Shown: piece after piece, positions 24,979 through 32,000 of the stretch | How positions within the stretch are numbered: the stretch's first letter is position 1 | Layout: the number at the start of each line of letters is the position of its first letter | From: an uncultured Erysipelotrichaceae bacterium | GTDB lineage: Bacteria; Bacillota_I; Bacilli_A; Erysipelotrichales; Erysipelotrichaceae | Length of the DNA: 32,000 bases | Assembly (NCBI GenBank): GCA_942492995.1 | Contig: OW818653.1 | Location: 1,650,001-1,682,000, forward strand | Reading direction: 5' to 3' | The notes under the pieces: model-generated | What the model saw: the letters and a program-made list of their open reading frames with translations, nothing else | Database searches by the model: none | What the model was told of the DNA's origin: nothing | Position numbers and translations under genes: made by a program

Positions 24979-26337
24979 ATGAGAACTGCAATAGTTTTGG
25001 CGGCTGGTAAAGGCACACGTATGAAGTCATCTTTGCCTAAAGTGATGCATCCAATCTTGAGTGAATCAATGATTGAACATGTTATGACGCATTTAAATGA
25101 AATTAAAGTGGATCATAGTGTGGTGGTGGTAGGTCATGGGGCTGAGAGTGTACAGGCGTGTTTGAAAGAGTCCGTATCGTATGCGATTCAAAGTGAACAA
25201 CTTGGGACAGGGCATGCCGTTATGCAAAGTCTTCCTGTTTTACCTGATGAGGGAGATTCATTAATATTATATGGAGATACACCATGTATCCAATCGAAGA
25301 CGATGGATTGGTTGTATGATGTGAATCAGGATTATGATTTGACGGTATTAACGGCTGTGTTTAATGATCCGGCACGTTATGGAAGAATTGTAAGAGATAA
25401 TCAAGGGCAGATTGAAAAGATTGTGGAGTATAAGGATTGTACAGAGGAACAGAAACGTATTAATGAGATTAATACGGGGATTTATTGTGTAAAGAATCAT
25501 GCTTTACATACGTATTTGTCGCATATTACGAATGATAATGCGGCGAAAGAGTATTACATTACAGATTTAATTGAAATATTCTTGAAGAATGGATTAAGAG
25601 TACAAGCATTACCAATTGATGATTCGGATGAAGTCTTAGGGGTTAATGACCGTGTAGACTTAGCGAGAGCATCTAAATGGATTCAAATGACGACGAATAG
25701 ACAATGGATGGAGAAGGGTGTTACCTTCATCAATCCTGAACAGTCATATGTATCAATTAATACAATTCTTGAAGAAGATGTGACGATTTATCCGAATGTG
25801 TATTTAGAGAAGAAGACACATATTAAAAAAGGGACTACCTTATTACCGAATACATTTATATCGAATAGTACAATTGGTGAGAACTGTAAGATTGATGCGT
25901 CACGTATTACAGATTCGGAAGTACGTAATAATGTGAATGTAGGACCATATGCGCATCTACGTGAACATTGTGTTATTGATGATAATAATCGTATTGGGAA
26001 TTTTGTAGAGATGAAGAATACTCAAATTGGTTTTGATAGTCGTTGTGCACACTTAACGTATCTTGGGGACACTATTGTCGGCAAGAAGGTTAATTTTGGA
26101 TGTGGTGTTGTGACGGTTAATTATGATGGGAAGTCGAAGTTTAAGACGATTATTGGGGATTATGCCTTCATTGGAAGTAATGTTAATTTAATTGCGCCGA
26201 TTGAAGTGGGTGAGAATTCAGTTGTGGCGGCAGGTTCTACCATTACACGAAATGTGGATGATACGGATATGGCGATTGCACGGGCTCATCAAGTGAATAA
26301 ACCTGGTTATGGTTTACGTTATAAGGAAAAGAAATGA
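24979..26337 (+). CDS. glmU: Bifunctional UDP-N-acetylglucosamine pyrophosphorylase / GlcN-1-P N-acetyltransferase (GlmU)
   Basis: LAAGKGTRMKS pyrophosphorylase signature and C-terminal left-handed beta-helix hexapeptide repeats. A GGAGG RBS lies 7 nt before ATG 24979. Confidence 0.9.
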   Translation: MRTAIVLAAGKGTRMKSSLPKVMHPILSESMIEHVMTHLNEIKVDHSVVVVGHGAESVQACLKESVSYAIQSEQLGTGHAVMQSLPVLPDEGDSLILYGDTPCIQSKTMDWLYDVNQDYDLTVLTAVFNDPARYGRIVRDNQGQIEKIVEYKDCTEEQKRINEINTGIYCVKNHALHTYLSHITNDNAAKEYYITDLIEIFLKNGLRVQALPIDDSDEVLGVNDRVDLARASKWIQMTTNRQWMEKGVTFINPEQSYVSINTILEEDVTIYPNVYLEKKTHIKKGTTLLPNTFISNSTIGENCKIDASRITDSEVRNNVNVGPYAHLREHCVIDDNNRIGNFVEMKNTQIGFDSRCAHLTYLGDTIVGKKVNFGCGVVTVNYDGKSKFKTIIGDYAFIGSNVNLIAPIEVGENSVVAAGSTITRNVDDTDMAIARAHQVNKPGYGLRYKEKK

Positions 26338-26351
26338 GGGGTCAAGGAAAC

Positions 26352-27323
26352 ATGAAGGATATCGTAATTTTTGCATTAACATCCAGTATCGCATTAGCAG
26401 ATGAAATCTGTATCCATTTAGGGATTAAACGTGGTGAGATTTCCGTAAGACATTTTGCGGATGGTGAAATCATTGTGGAACCTTTGGAGTCGGTTCGTGG
26501 TAAACATGTGTTCATTGTACAGTCCACTTGTAACCCTGTTTCTGAGACATTAATGGAAGTGTTGGTTGCGTTAGATGCGTGTAAACGTGCGTCTGCGGAT
26601 CGTATTACAGTTGTTATGCCATATTATGGCTATGCTAGACAAGACCGTAAGGCAAGAGCTAGACAACCGATTACCGCTAAGCTTGTTGCGGATTTAATTC
26701 AAGTTGCTGGTGCAGATCGTGTTATTACACTTGACTTACATGCGCCTCAAATTCAAGGTTTCTTCAATATTCCAATTGATGATTTAACGGCAGTATCGAT
26801 GTTAGGCCAATACTTCAGAACGAAGAAATTCAAAGATGAAGTTGTCGTAGTATCACCGGATCATGGTGGCGCGACTCGTGCACGTAATTTAGCGGATACA
26901 CTTCCTGGAAGTACCATTGCGATTATTGATAAACGTCGTACGAAACCAAATGTAGCAGAAGCGATGAATCTTATCGGGGATGTGAATGGTAAAGTAGCGA
27001 TTATCGTAGATGATATCGTAGATACTGGTGGTTCTCTTATGGGTGGCGTTGATATGTTGTATGCGAATGGTGCGACTGAAGTATATTGCGCTTGTTCACA
27101 TGGTATTCTCTCGGGTAATGCGGTTCAACGTATTCATGATTCAAAGATTAAAGAATTGGTTGTCACAAATTCTATTCCTCTTAACGAAGAAAAACGTAAA
27201 GAACCTAAACTTAAACAGATCTCTATTGGTTATATGTTAGCGAAGACCATTCAAGCGGTTCAGTTACATACGCCTGTTAGTGAAATGTATGATATGTTCA
27301 ATGATAAGAGTAAGGATCAGTAA
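26352..27323 (+). CDS. prs: Ribose-phosphate pyrophosphokinase (PRPP synthetase)
   Basis: HFADGE, YYGYARQDRK and the PRPP-binding loop VAIIVDDIVDTGGS. I chose ATG 26352 (MKDIVIF) as the start. Confidence 0.9.
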   Translation: MKDIVIFALTSSIALADEICIHLGIKRGEISVRHFADGEIIVEPLESVRGKHVFIVQSTCNPVSETLMEVLVALDACKRASADRITVVMPYYGYARQDRKARARQPITAKLVADLIQVAGADRVITLDLHAPQIQGFFNIPIDDLTAVSMLGQYFRTKKFKDEVVVVSPDHGGATRARNLADTLPGSTIAIIDKRRTKPNVAEAMNLIGDVNGKVAIIVDDIVDTGGSLMGGVDMLYANGATEVYCACSHGILSGNAVQRIHDSKIKELVVTNSIPLNEEKRKEPKLKQISIGYMLAKTIQAVQLHTPVSEMYDMFNDKSKDQ

Positions 27324-27338
27324 AATAATATAAACGAC

Positions 27339-27361
27339 AAAAGTTCCGAAAGGAACTTTTT
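27339..27361 (+). terminator. Rho-independent terminator after prs
   Basis: AAAAGTTCC-gaaa-GGAACTTTTT. Confidence 0.7.
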
Positions 27362-27416
27362 GGTTGGTGTAAATGGTTGAATTGTATTGTTTATTAGCAG
27401 ATATAAATTTATTTAG

Positions 27417-28196
27417 TTAAACAGACTTAGATAAATATATACCAATTTGTATTACTAATGCTTTTAGAAGTCGATCAGAAATATAAGTTGAAGAAAAGAA
27501 ATCTTTGACATCGTGGAAAGATAAAACATACTTACACTTATCATGAAAAATTTGATTTTCCTCATGTGTTATTAAAATAACTTTTTTAAGTGATAAATCA
27601 TCAAATAGACCTAATTCGATTTGTTTGATTATCCAATTTCCTGATAATGAAATTACAAATATTGCGTCTGCGTCTTTATTAACAGCTGAAACAACTGATT
27701 CTTCAGCTTGCCGATTAATTCTATAAATTTGTTTCTCATAAGGTAAAAGAATTGAGTGGATTAGATTAGTTGCTGCATATCCATGCAAACCACTATAAAC
27801 AACTATTTGATTAGAGTTCTTTAAGAATCTTGATACATCGATAAGTGTTTCTTTATCAATATTTAAAATAGCATCTCTTTCATATTTATCCACATTTCTT
27901 TGAAATGATTCAAAAACTTGGTCTATTGGTAAATTCTTACTTTCTTCAATTAGCTGCATAAAACTACTATTTTGATCAAAGATAGATTGATCGCCTCGAA
28001 GCATTTTGAAACTCTCATAATCAAGTTCTTTACAGAACTTAGATACACTAGCTATCGATGTATTTGAGAAGTTAGCAATTTCTTTTATTGATATCTCTGG
28101 GAATTCGGAAATATGATCTAGCATTGTTTTTGCGATAACAAAATTCACATCGAAATGTGTTCTTTGAAAGATGAATTCACTTAATTTCAAATACAA
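27417..28196 (-). CDS. RpiR/MurR-family transcriptional regulator (HTH_6 plus SIS domain)
   Basis: N-terminal SIKEIANFSNTSIASVSKFCKELDY HTH, and a C-terminal SIS-like sugar-phosphate binding domain (IVVYSGLHGYAA, AIFVISLSGN). TTG start. Confidence 0.75.
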   Translation of the reverse strand: MYLKLSEFIFQRTHFDVNFVIAKTMLDHISEFPEISIKEIANFSNTSIASVSKFCKELDYESFKMLRGDQSIFDQNSSFMQLIEESKNLPIDQVFESFQRNVDKYERDAILNIDKETLIDVSRFLKNSNQIVVYSGLHGYAATNLIHSILLPYEKQIYRINRQAEESVVSAVNKDADAIFVISLSGNWIIKQIELGLFDDLSLKKVILITHEENQIFHDKCKYVLSFHDVKDFFSSTYISDRLLKALVIQIGIYLSKSV

Positions 28197-28210
28197 TTGT
28201 TTCTTCTCTT

Positions 28211-28224
28211 TGATAGCGCTTACC
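28211..28224. promoter_or_regulatory. cre-like (CcpA) catabolite-responsive element
   Basis: TGATAGCGCTTACC compared with the consensus TGWNANCGNTNWCA gives one mismatch, at the last base. It lies in the rpiR/PTS divergent intergenic region. Confidence 0.35.
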
Positions 28225-28344
28225 TTTTTCCAATTATAGCATGTAGGTTTTAAGAATTAGTTTACAAATTCTGAAAATAATATAAAAATTTACTAGATAT
28301 TTTAATTGTACAATAAAATCATCCTAAAAAAGAAAGGGGAGTAT

Positions 28345-31045
<2,701 letters not shown>

Positions 31046-31095
31046 TACAAAAGTATCAATTTGGATATGAAGAATAATAGCTACTGATAATTATG

Positions 31096-31129
31096 AAAAG
31101 TACAAACTCGAAACAAGTTTGTACTTTTT
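31096..31129. terminator. Bidirectional Rho-independent terminator
   Basis: AAAAGTACAAAC-(9 nt)-GTTTGTACTTTTT lies between convergent genes. Confidence 0.7.
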
Positions 31130-31221
31130 AATTCGTAGATATATACAGATTAAAATATATTATGTTTTATTGATATTGACCATGTGAAAATCATTATTTA
31201 GTTGCTTTTTGTTTAACATAA

Positions 31222-31980
31222 TTAGAATTCTAATTCTTGTTTATTCATATCGGATAATACGTTATACAATCTAGCATTTGTTGCTTCTACATATGGAGCT
31301 ACAAAGTAACTTGATAATCCAAATGTGATTAAACTTAATAAGTTCCATAAGATAAATGAGAAATCTAATATAAAAATATTTCCCTTATGTCCCATTGTCA
31401 TTTGTTTACTCTTACTGAGTACTTCTTTAGGAGTCAAGCTTGTATTTTCAGCTAATAAATAAGGTACGTATCGATATTGATATCCCTTTACAATTCCAGG
31501 AATAATAAATACAAATGTCCATAAGAGTATGTAAATGAAGGCTAATCCTTGAGCTTTTATAATAGGCATATAATCTTTTGAATTGAACCCAAAGAATAGT
31601 TTACTAATATCAACATCTCCTTTAAATGCATCTAAGAAGAATTTACTCTTACCAACTTCGATAATAAACCCTAGTAGTAACATTGCGATACCGATAACAA
31701 TCGATATAAACGATGCCGTACCTAATGCTAGAAATCCTAATGGTCTAATACTACGGAATGCGGATTGAAAGAATTGAAATATTGGCGCAATAGATACCGA
31801 TACATTTCCTTGACCAAATACATATTCATAATTCTGCTTATATTCCATAACCACATTAGACTTCCCATTTCCTAATCCATTCATTAGTAGTGTAGTGATG
31901 AGTACGACTAAAAAGGCTTTCCAATAATGTTGTTTTAGAAAGTCTTTAGCGTAGTCTTTTAATTCGCTTCTTGTCCACAT
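31222..31980 (-). CDS. DUF975-family integral membrane protein
   Basis: 252 aa. N-terminal MWTRSELKDYAKDFLKQHYWKAFLV followed by multiple TM helices, typical of DUF975 as I recall it. Confidence 0.55.
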   Translation of the reverse strand: MWTRSELKDYAKDFLKQHYWKAFLVVLITTLLMNGLGNGKSNVVMEYKQNYEYVFGQGNVSVSIAPIFQFFQSAFRSIRPLGFLALGTASFISIVIGIAMLLLGFIIEVGKSKFFLDAFKGDVDISKLFFGFNSKDYMPIIKAQGLAFIYILLWTFVFIIPGIVKGYQYRYVPYLLAENTSLTPKEVLSKSKQMTMGHKGNIFILDFSFILWNLLSLITFGLSSYFVAPYVEATNARLYNVLSDMNKQELEF

Positions 31981-32000
31981 ATAATATAATCCCCCTTTTA

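Noticed and set aside
9599-28344. N-terminal extensions of several track ORFs (9599, 13867, 18810, 24976, 26334, 28306, and also 1047, 1850, 3473, 5222).
   Set aside because: In each case an internal ATG or TTG preceded by a clear Shine-Dalgarno sequence gives the family-typical N-terminus. The extension overlaps a promoter, an operator or the upstream gene. I adjusted the starts accordingly; the noc and rnmV starts remain ambiguous.

Overview
This is a low-GC Bacillota-type chromosomal segment; it may be Erysipelotrichia- or Turicibacter-like, but I cannot verify that without a search. The backbone is origin-proximal housekeeping DNA, all on the + strand. It runs from the mnmG 3' end through rsmG, noc, soj, spo0J, mnmE, an RDD-family gene and tatD(yabD), then resumes with a YabE-like 3D-domain lipoprotein, rnmV, rsmA(ksgA), ispE, glmU and prs. 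Three accessory stretches interrupt or follow this backbone.

(1) About 6.0-18.7 kb holds four groups of genes. First, an HD hydrolase. Second, an XRE-HTH/TPR (RNPP-like) regulator that faces a 21-aa hydrophobic peptide ORF and two tandem paralogous membrane-anchored proteins of unknown function. Third, a MerR/AdhR-like regulon with two near-identical 19-bp-spacer operator-promoters. Fourth, a four-gene translationally coupled operon on the minus strand.

(2) 19.7-22.7 kb holds a perfect 10-bp tandem repeat array of about 19 copies of CCCGAGAAGY. It abuts the promoter of an AlbA_2/Schlafen-like ATPase-wHTH gene, and a class II Fic gene follows.

(3) 27.4-31.0 kb holds an RpiR regulator, an orphan PTS EIIC and a GH1 6-phospho-beta-glycosidase whose catalytic acid/base Glu is replaced by Gln.

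The best candidates for something undescribed are the repeat array with the AlbA_2/Fic island and the RNPP/peptide/paralog module. I recognised no rRNA, tRNA, CRISPR, transposase or integrase. All functional calls rest on motif recognition by eye, not on database searches.
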